The notes under the pieces were generated by a model. The model had not been told where the DNA came from. It saw nothing but the letters and a program-made list of their open reading frames with translations, and did no database searches. DNA of 64,000 nt from the NCBI RefSeq assembly GCF_044324785.1, contig NZ_CP172127.1. One strand, given 5' to 3'. The DNA comes from Escherichia coli (GTDB lineage: Bacteria; Pseudomonadota; Gammaproteobacteria; Enterobacterales; Enterobacteriaceae). This document shows positions 47,568-58,569 of this stretch, piece after piece. Each line of letters opens with the position of its first letter. The stretch's first letter is position 1. The translations under genes were made by a program, and so were the position numbers.

Positions 47568-48512
47568 ATGCTAACATTTTTTATTGGCGATTTATTGCCT
47601 ATTATCGTAATCATGCTGTTGGGTTATTTTAGCGGCAGACGAGAAACTTTTTCAGAAGATCAAGCCCGGGCATTTAATAAACTGGTATTAAACTACGCTC
47701 TTCCTGCGGCTCTATTTGTATCTATTACCCGGGCAAACAGGGAAATGATTTTTGCGGACACTCGTCTGACCCTTGTATCACTTGTGGTTATTGTCGGATG
47801 TTTCTTTTTCTCCTGGTTCGGTTGCTACAAATTTTTTAAACGTACTCATGCAGAAGCAGCAGTATGTGCATTAATTGCAGGTTCACCTACCATTGGATTC
47901 CTGGGATTTGCAGTTCTCGATCCTATTTATGGTGATTCCGTATCAACAGGTTTAGTTGTAGCAATTATTTCTATTATTGTTAACGCAATTACTATTCCTA
48001 TTGGTCTGTATTTGCTGAATCCTTCCTCAGGAGCGGATGGTAAGAAGAATAGTAATCTGAGCGCATTAATTTCTGCGGCAAAGGAGCCAGTAGTATGGGC
48101 ACCTGTTCTGGCAACGATCCTGGTGTTGGTTGGGGTAAAAATTCCGTCAGCATGGGACCCAACCTTTAATCTGATTGCGAAGGCTAACTCAGGGGTAGCG
48201 GTATTCGCTGCGGGGTTGACTCTGGCTGCACATAAATTCGAGTTCAGTGCCGAAATTGCTTATAACACCTTCCTGAAGCTGATTCTGATGCCACTGGCGC
48301 TGCTTCTCGTTGGTATGGCATGTCATTTGAACAGCGAACATTTGCAGATGATGGTACTGGCAGGCGCTTTACCGCCGGCATTCTCCGGAATCATTATTGC
48401 CAGCCGGTTTAATGTCTACACCCGCACTGGTACAGCATCATTGGCTGTGAGCGTACTGGGCTTTGTCGTCACGGCTCCCTTGTGGATTTATGTCAGTCGA
48501 CTGGTTTCATAA
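47568..48512 (+). CDS. yfdV: AEC-family (auxin efflux carrier-like) transporter
   Basis: 314 aa polytopic membrane protein. Confidence 0.88.
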   Translation: MLTFFIGDLLPIIVIMLLGYFSGRRETFSEDQARAFNKLVLNYALPAALFVSITRANREMIFADTRLTLVSLVVIVGCFFFSWFGCYKFFKRTHAEAAVCALIAGSPTIGFLGFAVLDPIYGDSVSTGLVVAIISIIVNAITIPIGLYLLNPSSGADGKKNSNLSALISAAKEPVVWAPVLATILVLVGVKIPSAWDPTFNLIAKANSGVAVFAAGLTLAAHKFEFSAEIAYNTFLKLILMPLALLLVGMACHLNSEHLQMMVLAGALPPAFSGIIIASRFNVYTRTGTASLAVSVLGFVVTAPLWIYVSRLVS

Positions 48513-48540
48513 TTAATCATGTTATTGATTTTACATAAAT

Positions 48541-48571
48541 GCCGAAGTGTCTTTTCACCTTCGGCTTTTTT
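48541..48571 (+). terminator. rho-independent terminator after yfdV
   Basis: gccgaag-tgtcttttcac-cttcggc followed by tttttt; lies inside the ORF-track N-terminal extension of yfdE, supporting the downstream start. Confidence 0.7.
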
Positions 48572-48585
48572 CAAGGCATAAGCAA

Positions 48586-49731
48586 ATGACAAATAATGAA
48601 TGCAAAGGGCCGTTTGAAGGCTTATTAGTTATCGATATGACACATGTCCTTAATGGACCTTTCGGAACTCAACTTCTTTGTAATATGGGCGCAAGGGTAA
48701 TTAAAGTTGAGCCGCCGGGTCATGGTGATGATACCCGCACATTTGGTCCCTATGTGGATGGGCAGTCACTCTATTACAGTTTTATTAATCATGGCAAAGA
48801 GAGTGTGGTTCTTGATTTAAAGAATGCTCACGATAAAAGTATATTTATAAATATGCTTAAACAAGCTGATGTATTAGCTGAGAATTTTCGCCCAGGTACA
48901 ATGGAAAAACTGGGGTTTTCATGGGAAACGCTACAAGAAATCAACCCGCGTCTCATATATGCTTCATCGTCAGGTTTTGGGCATACCGGCCCGCTAAAAG
49001 ATGCTCCAGCCTACGATACCATCATTCAGGCAATGAGCGGGATAATGATGGAAACAGGGTACCCTGATGCTCCGCCAGTGCGCGTGGGTACCTCTCTTGC
49101 GGATTTATGTGGCGGTGTCTATTTATTCAGCGGAATAGTGAGTGCACTTTATGGCCGCGAAAAGAGCCAGAGAGGGGCGCATGTCGATATAGCGATGTTT
49201 GATGCCACGCTGAGTTTTCTGGAGCATGGTCTGATGGCATATATTGCGACAGGGAAGTCACCACAACGCCTGGGAAATCGCCATCCCTACATGGCACCTT
49301 TTGATGTTTTTGATACTCAGGATAAGCCGATTACGATTTGTTGTGGTAATGACAAGCTTTTTTCTGCGTTATGCCAGGCACTGGAGCTTACGGAACTGGT
49401 TAATGATCCCCGATTTAGCAGCAATATTTTACGCGTACAAAACCAGGCTATTCTTAAACAATATATTGAGCGAACGTTAAAAACACAGGCAGCTGAAGTT
49501 TGGTTAGCCAAAATACATGAAGTTGGTGTGCCCGTCGCGCCGTTATTAAGTGTGGCTGAGGCCATTAATTTGCCACAAACTCAGGCGAGAAATATGTTGA
49601 TTGAAGCCGGGGGAATAATGATGCCAGGTAATCCGATAAAAATCAGCGGCTGCGCGGACCCGCATGTTATGCCGGGAGCGGCAACGCTCGACCAGCATGG
49701 GGAACAAATTCGCCAGGAATTCTCATCGTAA
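48586..49731 (+). CDS. yfdE: family III CoA-transferase (acetyl-CoA:oxalate CoA-transferase)
   Basis: 381 aa from ATG 48586 (MTNNECKGPFEGLLVIDMTHVLNGPFG...); paralogous to Frc. Confidence 0.88.
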   Translation: MTNNECKGPFEGLLVIDMTHVLNGPFGTQLLCNMGARVIKVEPPGHGDDTRTFGPYVDGQSLYYSFINHGKESVVLDLKNAHDKSIFINMLKQADVLAENFRPGTMEKLGFSWETLQEINPRLIYASSSGFGHTGPLKDAPAYDTIIQAMSGIMMETGYPDAPPVRVGTSLADLCGGVYLFSGIVSALYGREKSQRGAHVDIAMFDATLSFLEHGLMAYIATGKSPQRLGNRHPYMAPFDVFDTQDKPITICCGNDKLFSALCQALELTELVNDPRFSSNILRVQNQAILKQYIERTLKTQAAEVWLAKIHEVGVPVAPLLSVAEAINLPQTQARNMLIEAGGIMMPGNPIKISGCADPHVMPGAATLDQHGEQIRQEFSS

Positions 49732-49786
49732 ATGTTAGATATGCTGGTAAATAGCTCCCACATTTGAACATTGTGGGAGCCGCTAT

Positions 49787-52700
49787 TTAGTCATTTTGTT
49801 GACAGAAAACAGCAATCTCCTGGTCTAACTCTGCAATGTGTTCTTTAACAGAGTTCAGCAACTTAAGAATTTCAGGCTTGCTGTCATCTGAAACGGGCGT
49901 TATTTCTAACTGATGGCTAATATTAATCAACTTTTGCAAATTCAGGATGTTAGCCGCACCGTGGATGCGATGAATACACTGATGGAAAGTTCTGTTGTCG
50001 CCAGCTTCTAGTGCATGAAACGCAGCGGGTAGATCTTTATGCGTTTCATGCTGGAAAGTCATGAGAATCTCCTGCATCAGTTGTAGATCGTTCGCCGTAT
50101 TATTTTTCAGGGCCTCGATATCAAGGTGGCGATACTGAGGTGCAATATGCGCAACCTGGTGTAACTGACTTAAATGTGTTTTCAGTACATCCAGGGTCAA
50201 CGGTTTGAACAAACATAAGTTCATGCCGCAATTTAACCCTTTTTCACGTTCGTTAGCCTGTGCGTTGGCTGTAAGCCCCCAGATGGGTAAGGAAGAATTT
50301 TGCTCACGGAGTTTGCGAGTCAACTCAAAACCATCCATATTCGGCATATTAACGTCAGTAATAAGCAGATCATAATGTTGCATACTGACTTTGTGTAGCG
50401 CTTGCACACCATCAGTTGCTTCATCAACATCATATCCTAATAGGTTTAGCTGGCGTTTGAGTAATAGCCTGTTGGTCGGATGATCATCCGCTATTAATAT
50501 GCTCAACTTTTCAGGGAGTGTCATAGGTTGTTCTGCTTTTGCCTCGACAGTCGCCACTTGTTGGGTAATTTCTACCGGGATTGTGATCGTAAATGTCGTT
50601 CCTATGCCTGGATGACTTTCTAATGATAAATCGCCCTGCATGTTTTTAATTAATTCTTTGCAGATCATTAAGCCTAAACCAGAACCTGTTTGCTGACGAC
50701 CTGCACTTGTTTGGCTATAGCGTTTAAACAGTTGTTGTTGTTCTTCCTGCGATAATCCACTTCCAGAATCCATAATCGTCATTTTGATAACAGCGTGGTT
50801 GTCATCAATGTGACCCAGGGAGGTCGTAATTTTTACTGCCCCCTCGGTAGTAAATTTAAGAGCATTGCTCAGTAAATTAGATAAGACCTGCTTAAACGCC
50901 TGAGGGTCGATCTTAACCTGGTAATGTTCTGGAAACGTACTGCTGCAACTTAATGCGATGGATTTGCTTGCAGCAATCGCACCGAAAGAGTGACAAGTGT
51001 TCTGGACTAAAGTAGGGATGTCGACCCATTGTGGTTGAAGTTGATAGTTACCCGACTCAATTTTGTCGACATCAAGGATTTCACCAATTAAGCCGAGGAG
51101 TGATTGTCCGGTGGCGTAGGCAAGTGAAATCGCCTCCACCCGTTGCTCCTTGCTAAGACCAGAACCCGACAGAAGTTCGAGGAAGCCCATAATGGAGCTT
51201 ATTGGTGTTCTTATTTCGTGACTCATTGTTGCCAGAAACTGGCTTTTTGCGACAGTTGCATTGATCGCTTTATTTCTCTCTACTTCGAGTGCATGAATTA
51301 AATCACGCGTCTCGGTAATATCTTGCCAACCACAAATATAAACAGCATGATCGCTGGCTGGCAGATTGCATAATGTATGCCAGTGATTAATGCATCTTTT
51401 CTCGATGCCATTATCAATTTCAAATACCTGTGTGTATATTGTTCGATTTTCTTTCGTTTCTGCTGTGACTTCATGCGCATTAGAAAAAACATCTTTAAAG
51501 GGTGAGTCACTGTTTTCTAATGGTAACATTGCATTTTTGTAGTAATCCGCAGTGAAATAATGTTCAAAAGCACTATTATGACTAATGACATTACCTTGCC
51601 AGTTTACAACATAAGTTGGATTCGGTAAGGAATCCGAGAGTGCTTTTCGGAATGATATTTGGTTTTCTAAATCACCCTGAATGACTTTACGACGACGAAC
51701 TGAGCGTAACAGGTAGAATCCCCATAAAAGGCTACTGCCAACTAATAAAACGGATAATGTCGTGACAATATAAAATTGCTCGCTATAGAGGTCCCATGTG
51801 TCAATGGTCACATTGGGCATTTTAATCCATTTTTCCGTCAGGCGCAGAACTTCGCTTGGGGGAATTGCATTCAGTGCTTTATTAATAATATCCTTAAGTT
51901 CCGGTTCTCCGCGAGGAAAAGCGAACGAAAGCGATGCATTCTGAACGCCGGGAATAAGAAAATGATAAAGTTCATTAGGATAGTAATGGTCGATCATGTA
52001 ACGCGAATTTAGCTGTGTCGCGACCAGAGCATCAAGTTCACCTTCCTTGACCTTGTGAAATGCAGCACTAGCGTTATCGACTTTTATCCACTCTACCTCC
52101 GGATACATCTCTTTTAATTGCGAATGAAGCTCATAATAATATGGAATGGCAACTTTCATTCCTTTTTTTAATGTTTGTTCACTGTCAGGCGCTTTTTGCA
52201 TGACAAAAACGTAAGGCGTTGTTATGAAGGCTTCAGCAAATGAAACATTATTTTCTCGATCTTCACTATAAATAGCGGCGGGCAATATATCCCATCCACC
52301 GGGGTTAAGCTGTGTCCCCGCATGAATATTGTGTGAAACGGTGATCGGAGAAAAATTTAAACCTGTTTGCAAGGTAATAATATTAAGAATATCACCCATC
52401 ACGCCCCGAACTGAGCCAGTTTCATCTGTCATAGAATAGGGTGGCGAGTAAGGATTTTCCAGCACCTTTAAATCGGGATGCTGCTTAATCCACTGTTTTT
52501 CATGTTCAGTGAGTTCTAATGGTTTGTTCAGAAAGGCCAGGTTTCCTGTATCAAGCCAATTTTGTGATACTTCATAGCGAACTTCATTTGTTAAAGCATC
52601 AACAAACCGATTGAGTACTTCATTAAGAACGACTGAATCTTTTCTGGTTAAGAAAAAGTTATATTGACGCGGCGAGTTATAATATTTCACTACATTTAAG

Positions 52701-53380
52701 GAGTGAGTGAAATAGCGGGAAATCATACTGCTGGTAATAATGTTACTACCAATAAAGTAATCATTCTGTCCGGCTGAGACGGATGCTAATGCCTGATATA
52801 AATTTGTAAAAGAGATAATTGTTGCTTTTGGAAATGATTGATGAATTACCTCGTCTGGAGGGTAATTTGCTACCCGAGCAATATTTACTGGTTTTGATGA
52901 GGTAAGCGGTCTCATTGAATCGTGAAGGGTGGTGACCAGCGCCGGAAAGGTAATTATCAGCGGTTTGGTTGCAGCAATGTCATCATTAAGAGGCGGCGAA
53001 GCAACTAAATGTGATAACACTATATCGACTTCACCTTCTTCCAGCGCGTCCATTGCTTTTTGATGATCGGCGTATTCCCGGAGTGTTAATTTGATATTTA
53101 ACGCTCTTTTTAAAAGATTTAAATAATCAGCATTAATACCACGAACCCGTTGCTGCGAATCGGTATGCAACAACGTAGCCGTTTGGGACTTGTGTACTGC
53201 AATCACAAGATTTTTTTTGCTCGCTAACCAACGTAATTCCTTGTTGCTCAGACGTAGTGGATCAAGTGTGACACGGTTGTTACTACTGATGCCACGATAT
53301 TCGATGTAATCTTCGTCTGCGAAACTTATGGTCGACCAAAGACCACAACAGAGAAGAAAAATATAGGGTAAAAACTTCAT
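49787..53380 (-). CDS. evgS: hybrid sensor histidine kinase EvgS
   Basis: 1197 aa; tandem periplasmic solute-binding domains, TM, HisKA/HATPase, receiver, HPt. Confidence 0.95.
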   Translation of the reverse strand: MKFLPYIFLLCCGLWSTISFADEDYIEYRGISSNNRVTLDPLRLSNKELRWLASKKNLVIAVHKSQTATLLHTDSQQRVRGINADYLNLLKRALNIKLTLREYADHQKAMDALEEGEVDIVLSHLVASPPLNDDIAATKPLIITFPALVTTLHDSMRPLTSSKPVNIARVANYPPDEVIHQSFPKATIISFTNLYQALASVSAGQNDYFIGSNIITSSMISRYFTHSLNVVKYYNSPRQYNFFLTRKDSVVLNEVLNRFVDALTNEVRYEVSQNWLDTGNLAFLNKPLELTEHEKQWIKQHPDLKVLENPYSPPYSMTDETGSVRGVMGDILNIITLQTGLNFSPITVSHNIHAGTQLNPGGWDILPAAIYSEDRENNVSFAEAFITTPYVFVMQKAPDSEQTLKKGMKVAIPYYYELHSQLKEMYPEVEWIKVDNASAAFHKVKEGELDALVATQLNSRYMIDHYYPNELYHFLIPGVQNASLSFAFPRGEPELKDIINKALNAIPPSEVLRLTEKWIKMPNVTIDTWDLYSEQFYIVTTLSVLLVGSSLLWGFYLLRSVRRRKVIQGDLENQISFRKALSDSLPNPTYVVNWQGNVISHNSAFEHYFTADYYKNAMLPLENSDSPFKDVFSNAHEVTAETKENRTIYTQVFEIDNGIEKRCINHWHTLCNLPASDHAVYICGWQDITETRDLIHALEVERNKAINATVAKSQFLATMSHEIRTPISSIMGFLELLSGSGLSKEQRVEAISLAYATGQSLLGLIGEILDVDKIESGNYQLQPQWVDIPTLVQNTCHSFGAIAASKSIALSCSSTFPEHYQVKIDPQAFKQVLSNLLSNALKFTTEGAVKITTSLGHIDDNHAVIKMTIMDSGSGLSQEEQQQLFKRYSQTSAGRQQTGSGLGLMICKELIKNMQGDLSLESHPGIGTTFTITIPVEITQQVATVEAKAEQPMTLPEKLSILIADDHPTNRLLLKRQLNLLGYDVDEATDGVQALHKVSMQHYDLLITDVNMPNMDGFELTRKLREQNSSLPIWGLTANAQANEREKGLNCGMNLCLFKPLTLDVLKTHLSQLHQVAHIAPQYRHLDIEALKNNTANDLQLMQEILMTFQHETHKDLPAAFHALEAGDNRTFHQCIHRIHGAANILNLQKLINISHQLEITPVSDDSKPEILKLLNSVKEHIAELDQEIAVFCQQND

Positions 53381-53384
53381 GTGG

Positions 53385-53999
53385 TTAGCCGATTTTGTTA
53401 CGTTGTGCGAATGTGTAAAGATCCATCAGTGATTTACATTCTAATTTTTCCATCAGGCGACTTTTATAAGTGCTGACAGTTTTGTTGCTGATGAACATTT
53501 TTTCAGCAATGTCATTATTATCCTTGCCATCAAGAATATATCGCATGACACTAATTTCTTGTTTCGATAAGGAGTCGAGTTTTTGCTGGTCGGACGTTAA
53601 ACTTCCAACAAACCGGTTGAGAGAGAAGGGGAAATAGCAGTAGCCATTTTTTGCAGCTTCAATAGCCGCAATGATATTGTTCATGCCTTCTTTTTTACTC
53701 ACGAATCCATTAGCGCCAGCATCAGCACAATGTTTCCCGTAAAAATGGTCATTTTTAGCGGAGACGATAATAATAATTCCGCTATATTGACGCTTCCTTA
53801 GCGTTTCTAACACCTGGATACCGTTAACTCCGGGGATATCGACATCAATGATGACGATATCAGGCTTAAGTGTTTCCACCCGCTGAACGGCGCTTCCGCC
53901 TTCAGTCAACTCTGCTAAGATTTCAATATCGTTTTTGATCAATAAATTACGAATAGCTGCGATAGCAAGAGGATGGTCATCAATAATTATTGCGTTCAT
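53385..53999 (-). CDS. evgA: response regulator EvgA (NarL/FixJ family)
   Basis: 204 aa; receiver domain plus LuxR-type HTH. Confidence 0.95.
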   Translation of the reverse strand: MNAIIIDDHPLAIAAIRNLLIKNDIEILAELTEGGSAVQRVETLKPDIVIIDVDIPGVNGIQVLETLRKRQYSGIIIIVSAKNDHFYGKHCADAGANGFVSKKEGMNNIIAAIEAAKNGYCYFPFSLNRFVGSLTSDQQKLDSLSKQEISVMRYILDGKDNNDIAEKMFISNKTVSTYKSRLMEKLECKSLMDLYTFAQRNKIG

Positions 54000-54223
54000 A
54001 GATTATTCCCTTTGCAATGAAGCATCTCCCTTCTCCCTGTAGTAATACAGACATAAGGCATCATCTCATTTTCTCAATAAAAATAAGAAAATTTGAGCTT
54101 CCTTTAAGATAATTCGACAAGTATACCATATAAATAGTCGGCATAAATGAAATGTCAACAATAAAATCAGGGATTGTACCGATGATTTATAGTTTCACAT
54201 TAGCACTATAAGTCTTCTCACTA

Positions 54224-54241
54224 ATCCTACAGGCGTAAGAA
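54224..54241. promoter_or_regulatory. candidate EvgA box (18-bp imperfect inverted repeat) in evgA-emrK divergent intergenic region
   Basis: aTCCTACAggCGTAAGAA, resembling the reported EvgA half-site TTCPyTACA in inverted orientation. Confidence 0.45.
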
Positions 54242-54414
54242 TTGTATTGCAAAAGCCACGGTTTAGTCCTCTGTTGTTTCTTTTGCACCTCATTTAAATT
54301 AGGCCTCCAACGTTCCTGGGATAATGTGCAACACATGCACTGTGTTTGATATGAAGAATGAATACTCTTTTCATTCAATTCATAAATTTCATCTATGCGA
54401 AATGAGAGATAATA

Positions 54415-55578
54415 GTGGAACAGATTGATTCAAATAAAAAACATTCTAACAGAAGAAAATACTTTTCTTTATTGGCGGTAGTTTTATTTATTGCGTTTTC
54501 AGGTGCCTATGCCTATTGGTCAATGGAATTAGAAGACATGATTAGTACAGATGACGCCTATGTCACGGGGAATGCAGATCCAATTTCTGCACAAGTTTCA
54601 GGCAGCGTCACTGTCGTTAATCATAAAGATACGAACTACGTTCGACAGGGTGACATTTTAGTCTCACTGGATAAGACTGATGCCACTATCGCACTCAATA
54701 AAGCTAAAAATAATCTGGCCAATATTGTTCGGCAAACGAATAAACTGTACTTACAGGATAAACAATACAGTGCCGAAGTCGCTTCAGCACGTATTCAGTA
54801 TCAACAATCTTTAGAAGATTATAACCGTCGTGTACCTTTAGCGAAGCAGGGGGTTATTTCAAAAGAAACGCTGGAGCATACCAAAGATACGTTAATAAGT
54901 AGCAAAGCGGCATTGAATGCTGCTATTCAGGCTTATAAAGCGAATAAAGCTTTAGTAATGAACACACCATTAAACCGTCAGCCACAAGTCGTTGAAGCGG
55001 CGGATGCAACCAAAGAAGCCTGGTTAGCGCTTAAACGTACGGATATTAAGAGTCCTGTTACCGGCTATATTGCCCAGAGAAGCGTTCAGGTCGGCGAAAC
55101 AGTGAGTCCCGGACAATCGTTAATGGCTGTCGTACCGGCACGTCAAATGTGGGTTAATGCCAACTTTAAAGAAACACAACTTACGGATGTGCGGATTGGT
55201 CAATCGGTCAATATTATCAGCGATCTTTATGGTGAAAATGTTGTGTTTCATGGTCGGGTGACAGGGATCAATATGGGAACCGGCAATGCGTTCTCCTTAT
55301 TACCTGCACAAAATGCGACAGGGAATTGGATCAAAATCGTTCAGCGTGTACCGGTTGAGGTTTCTCTTGATCCAAAAGAACTCATGGAACATCCCTTGCG
55401 TATTGGTTTATCGATGACTGCAACTATTGATACCAGGAACGAAGACATTGCCGAGATGCCCGATCTGGCTTCAACCGTGACGTCCATGCCTGCTTATACC
55501 AGTAAGGCTTTAGTTATCGATACCAGTCCGATAGAAAAAGAAATTAGCAACATTATTTCGCATAATGGACAACTTTAA
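54415..55578 (+). CDS. emrK: multidrug efflux membrane fusion protein (EmrA paralog)
   Basis: 387 aa HlyD-family periplasmic adaptor; stop overlaps emrY start. Confidence 0.92.
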   Translation: MEQIDSNKKHSNRRKYFSLLAVVLFIAFSGAYAYWSMELEDMISTDDAYVTGNADPISAQVSGSVTVVNHKDTNYVRQGDILVSLDKTDATIALNKAKNNLANIVRQTNKLYLQDKQYSAEVASARIQYQQSLEDYNRRVPLAKQGVISKETLEHTKDTLISSKAALNAAIQAYKANKALVMNTPLNRQPQVVEAADATKEAWLALKRTDIKSPVTGYIAQRSVQVGETVSPGQSLMAVVPARQMWVNANFKETQLTDVRIGQSVNIISDLYGENVVFHGRVTGINMGTGNAFSLLPAQNATGNWIKIVQRVPVEVSLDPKELMEHPLRIGLSMTATIDTRNEDIAEMPDLASTVTSMPAYTSKALVIDTSPIEKEISNIISHNGQL

Positions 55579-57116
55579 TGGCAATCACTAAATCAACTCC
55601 GGCACCATTAACTGGTGGGACGTTATGGTGCGTCACTATTGCATTGTCATTAGCGACGTTTATGCAAATGTTGGATTCCACTATTTCTAACGTCGCAATA
55701 CCGACAATATCTGGATTTCTGGGAGCATCAACAGACGAAGGCACCTGGGTTATCACTTCGTTTGGCGTAGCAAATGCCATTGCGATCCCTGTTACCGGCA
55801 GGCTGGCACAAAGAATAGGCGAATTAAGATTATTTTTACTTTCAGTAACCTTTTTTTCGCTGTCTTCATTAATGTGTAGTTTATCGACCAATCTTGATGT
55901 GCTGATATTTTTTAGAGTCGTTCAGGGGTTAATGGCGGGGCCGTTAATTCCACTGTCACAGAGTTTATTATTAAGGAATTATCCACCAGAAAAAAGAACA
56001 TTTGCTCTGGCATTATGGTCTATGACCGTGATTATCGCTCCGATATGTGGGCCGATATTGGGCGGCTATATTTGTGATAACTTTAGTTGGGGCTGGATAT
56101 TTTTAATCAATGTCCCTATGGGGATTATCGTCCTGACATTATGCTTAACCTTACTTAAAGGAAGAGAAACTGAGACTTCACCGGTCAAAATGAATCTACC
56201 AGGACTGACCCTGTTAGTGCTCGGTGTTGGTGGCTTGCAAATTATGCTTGATAAAGGTCGTGATCTGGATTGGTTCAACTCGAGTACAATAATAATATTA
56301 ACAGTGGTATCAGTTATTTCTCTGATCTCTTTAGTCATTTGGGAGTCGACCTCAGAGAATCCGATTCTTGATCTCAGTTTGTTTAAGTCCCGTAATTTCA
56401 CCATTGGTATTGTGAGTATCACATGCGCGTATTTATTTTACTCTGGGGCGATAGTCCTTATGCCGCAGTTACTCCAGGAAACGATGGGGTATAATGCGAT
56501 ATGGGCCGGACTTGCTTATGCGCCCATCGGCATCATGCCGCTATTAATTTCACCTTTGATAGGACGTTATGGCAACAAAATAGACATGCGGTTGTTAGTG
56601 ACATTTAGTTTTTTGATGTATGCGGTTTGCTATTACTGGCGTTCTGTGACATTTATGCCAACGATTGATTTTACAGGCATCATTTTGCCACAGTTTTTTC
56701 AGGGATTCGCCGTCGCCTGTTTCTTTTTACCCTTAACAACGATTTCGTTTTCAGGTTTGCCAGATAATAAATTTGCCAATGCCTCGAGTATGAGTAATTT
56801 TTTTCGTACCTTGTCAGGATCAGTTGGTACGTCGTTGACAATGACGCTGTGGGGACGCCGAGAATCATTACACCATAGTCAGTTGACAGCAACAATCGAT
56901 CAATTTAACCCCGTGTTTAATTCATCGTCACAAATTATGGATAAATATTATGGTTCGCTTTCAGGGGTTCTTAATGAAATTAATAATGAAATAACTCAGC
57001 AGTCACTTTCAATTTCTGCAAATGAGATTTTCCGTATGGCGGCTATTGCTTTTATCTTACTTACGGTATTGGTTTGGTTTGCGAAACCGCCGTTTACAGC
57101 GAAAGGTGTTGGGTGA
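55578..57116 (+). CDS. emrY: MFS multidrug efflux pump (EmrB paralog)
   Basis: 512 aa, 14-TM major facilitator. Confidence 0.92.
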   Translation: MAITKSTPAPLTGGTLWCVTIALSLATFMQMLDSTISNVAIPTISGFLGASTDEGTWVITSFGVANAIAIPVTGRLAQRIGELRLFLLSVTFFSLSSLMCSLSTNLDVLIFFRVVQGLMAGPLIPLSQSLLLRNYPPEKRTFALALWSMTVIIAPICGPILGGYICDNFSWGWIFLINVPMGIIVLTLCLTLLKGRETETSPVKMNLPGLTLLVLGVGGLQIMLDKGRDLDWFNSSTIIILTVVSVISLISLVIWESTSENPILDLSLFKSRNFTIGIVSITCAYLFYSGAIVLMPQLLQETMGYNAIWAGLAYAPIGIMPLLISPLIGRYGNKIDMRLLVTFSFLMYAVCYYWRSVTFMPTIDFTGIILPQFFQGFAVACFFLPLTTISFSGLPDNKFANASSMSNFFRTLSGSVGTSLTMTLWGRRESLHHSQLTATIDQFNPVFNSSSQIMDKYYGSLSGVLNEINNEITQQSLSISANEIFRMAAIAFILLTVLVWFAKPPFTAKGVG

Positions 57117-57220
57117 TGGTAAAAGCAAGGGGTTATAGCGGGTAAGACCGGGGATCTTAAGTCTGCGCCATCGGCAGCATCGCTCACCCAGGGAAAGGAT
57201 GGCGATGCTGCGTTGAAACG

Positions 57221-58552
57221 TTATGAACGGCCTTTTGCCAGATATTGATTCATCTCTTCTTCCGGCACCATTCCACCTCCCGTCGCCCACACCAGATGAG
57301 TGGCATTATGCAGTTGTTCTGCGCTGAAACCGTGCATCTGTTGGTAACTTACTGATGCGCACACGCGCTGAGGCCCGGCCATACCCGCCAGTGCCGAAGG
57401 TTCAAGACGAATACCTTCTTCCTGCGCCAGCCAGCCAAGCATGTCATACATGGTTTGATCGCTAAGGGTATAGAAGCCATCCAGTAGACGCTCCATTGCC
57501 CGCCCGACAAAGCCTGATGCGCGACCAACTGCAAGGCCATCCGCTGCGGTAAGGTTGTCGATACCAATATCCTGAACAGAAATCTGATCGTGTAATCCTG
57601 TATGGACGCCTAACAACATACAAGGGGAGTGCGTTGGTTCGGCAAAAAAGCAGTGAACATGATCGCCAAACGCCAGTTTAAGCCCGAATGCGACGCCACC
57701 AGGACCACCGCCAACACCACACGGCAGATAGACAAACAGAGGGTTATCAGCATCGACAATACGACCTTGCTCGGCAAATTGCGCTTTAAGACGCTGGCCT
57801 GCGACGGAATACCCAAGGAACAACGTGCGGGAATTCTCGTCATCAATAAAGAAACAGTTCGGGTCAGACTGCGCTGCTTTACGTCCTTCCTCGACGGCAA
57901 CACCATAATCTTGCTCATATTCCACGACCGTAACGCCATGGCTGCGCAGTTTCGCTTTTTTCCATGCCCGGGCATCAGCAGACATATGTACTGTCACCTT
58001 AAAGCCAATGCGGGCGCTCATAATGCCGATTGATAACCCCAGATTTCCGGTTGAGCCCACAGCAATGCTGTATTGGCTAAAGAACTGTTTAAATTCCGGA
58101 GAAAGCAGTTTGCTGTAGTCATCTTCAAGCGTCAGCAACCCCGCTTCCAGAGCCAGTTTTTCTGCATGTGCCAGGACTTCATAAATCCCGCCGCGTGCTT
58201 TTATGGAGCCGGAAATGGGCAAATGGCTATCTTTTTTCAGTAGCAGTTGCCCGCTGATCGGTTGTTGATATTCCTTTTCCAGCCGTTTTTGCATAGCCGG
58301 AATGGCAACCAGTTCTGATTCAATAATCCCCCCAGTGGCAGCAGTTTCAGGAAATGCTTTTGCCAGATAGGGTGCAAAACGAGATAAGCGCGCATGGGCG
58401 TCCTGAACATCCTGTTCGGTCAGGCCAACATAAGGTAAACCTTCAGCCAATGAGGTCGTGCCAGGATTAAACCAGGTGGTTTCTTTAAGAGCAACCAGAT
58501 CCTTTACCAACGGATACTGGGCGATGAGCGAGTTCATTTTAGCGTTTTCCAT
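57221..58552 (-). CDS. dsdA: D-serine ammonia-lyase (D-serine dehydratase)
   Basis: 443 aa PLP enzyme (SGSIKARGG lysine motif). Confidence 0.95.
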   Translation of the reverse strand: MENAKMNSLIAQYPLVKDLVALKETTWFNPGTTSLAEGLPYVGLTEQDVQDAHARLSRFAPYLAKAFPETAATGGIIESELVAIPAMQKRLEKEYQQPISGQLLLKKDSHLPISGSIKARGGIYEVLAHAEKLALEAGLLTLEDDYSKLLSPEFKQFFSQYSIAVGSTGNLGLSIGIMSARIGFKVTVHMSADARAWKKAKLRSHGVTVVEYEQDYGVAVEEGRKAAQSDPNCFFIDDENSRTLFLGYSVAGQRLKAQFAEQGRIVDADNPLFVYLPCGVGGGPGGVAFGLKLAFGDHVHCFFAEPTHSPCMLLGVHTGLHDQISVQDIGIDNLTAADGLAVGRASGFVGRAMERLLDGFYTLSDQTMYDMLGWLAQEEGIRLEPSALAGMAGPQRVCASVSYQQMHGFSAEQLHNATHLVWATGGGMVPEEEMNQYLAKGRS

Positions 58553-58569
58553 AGTACGTCTCTTTGCGC

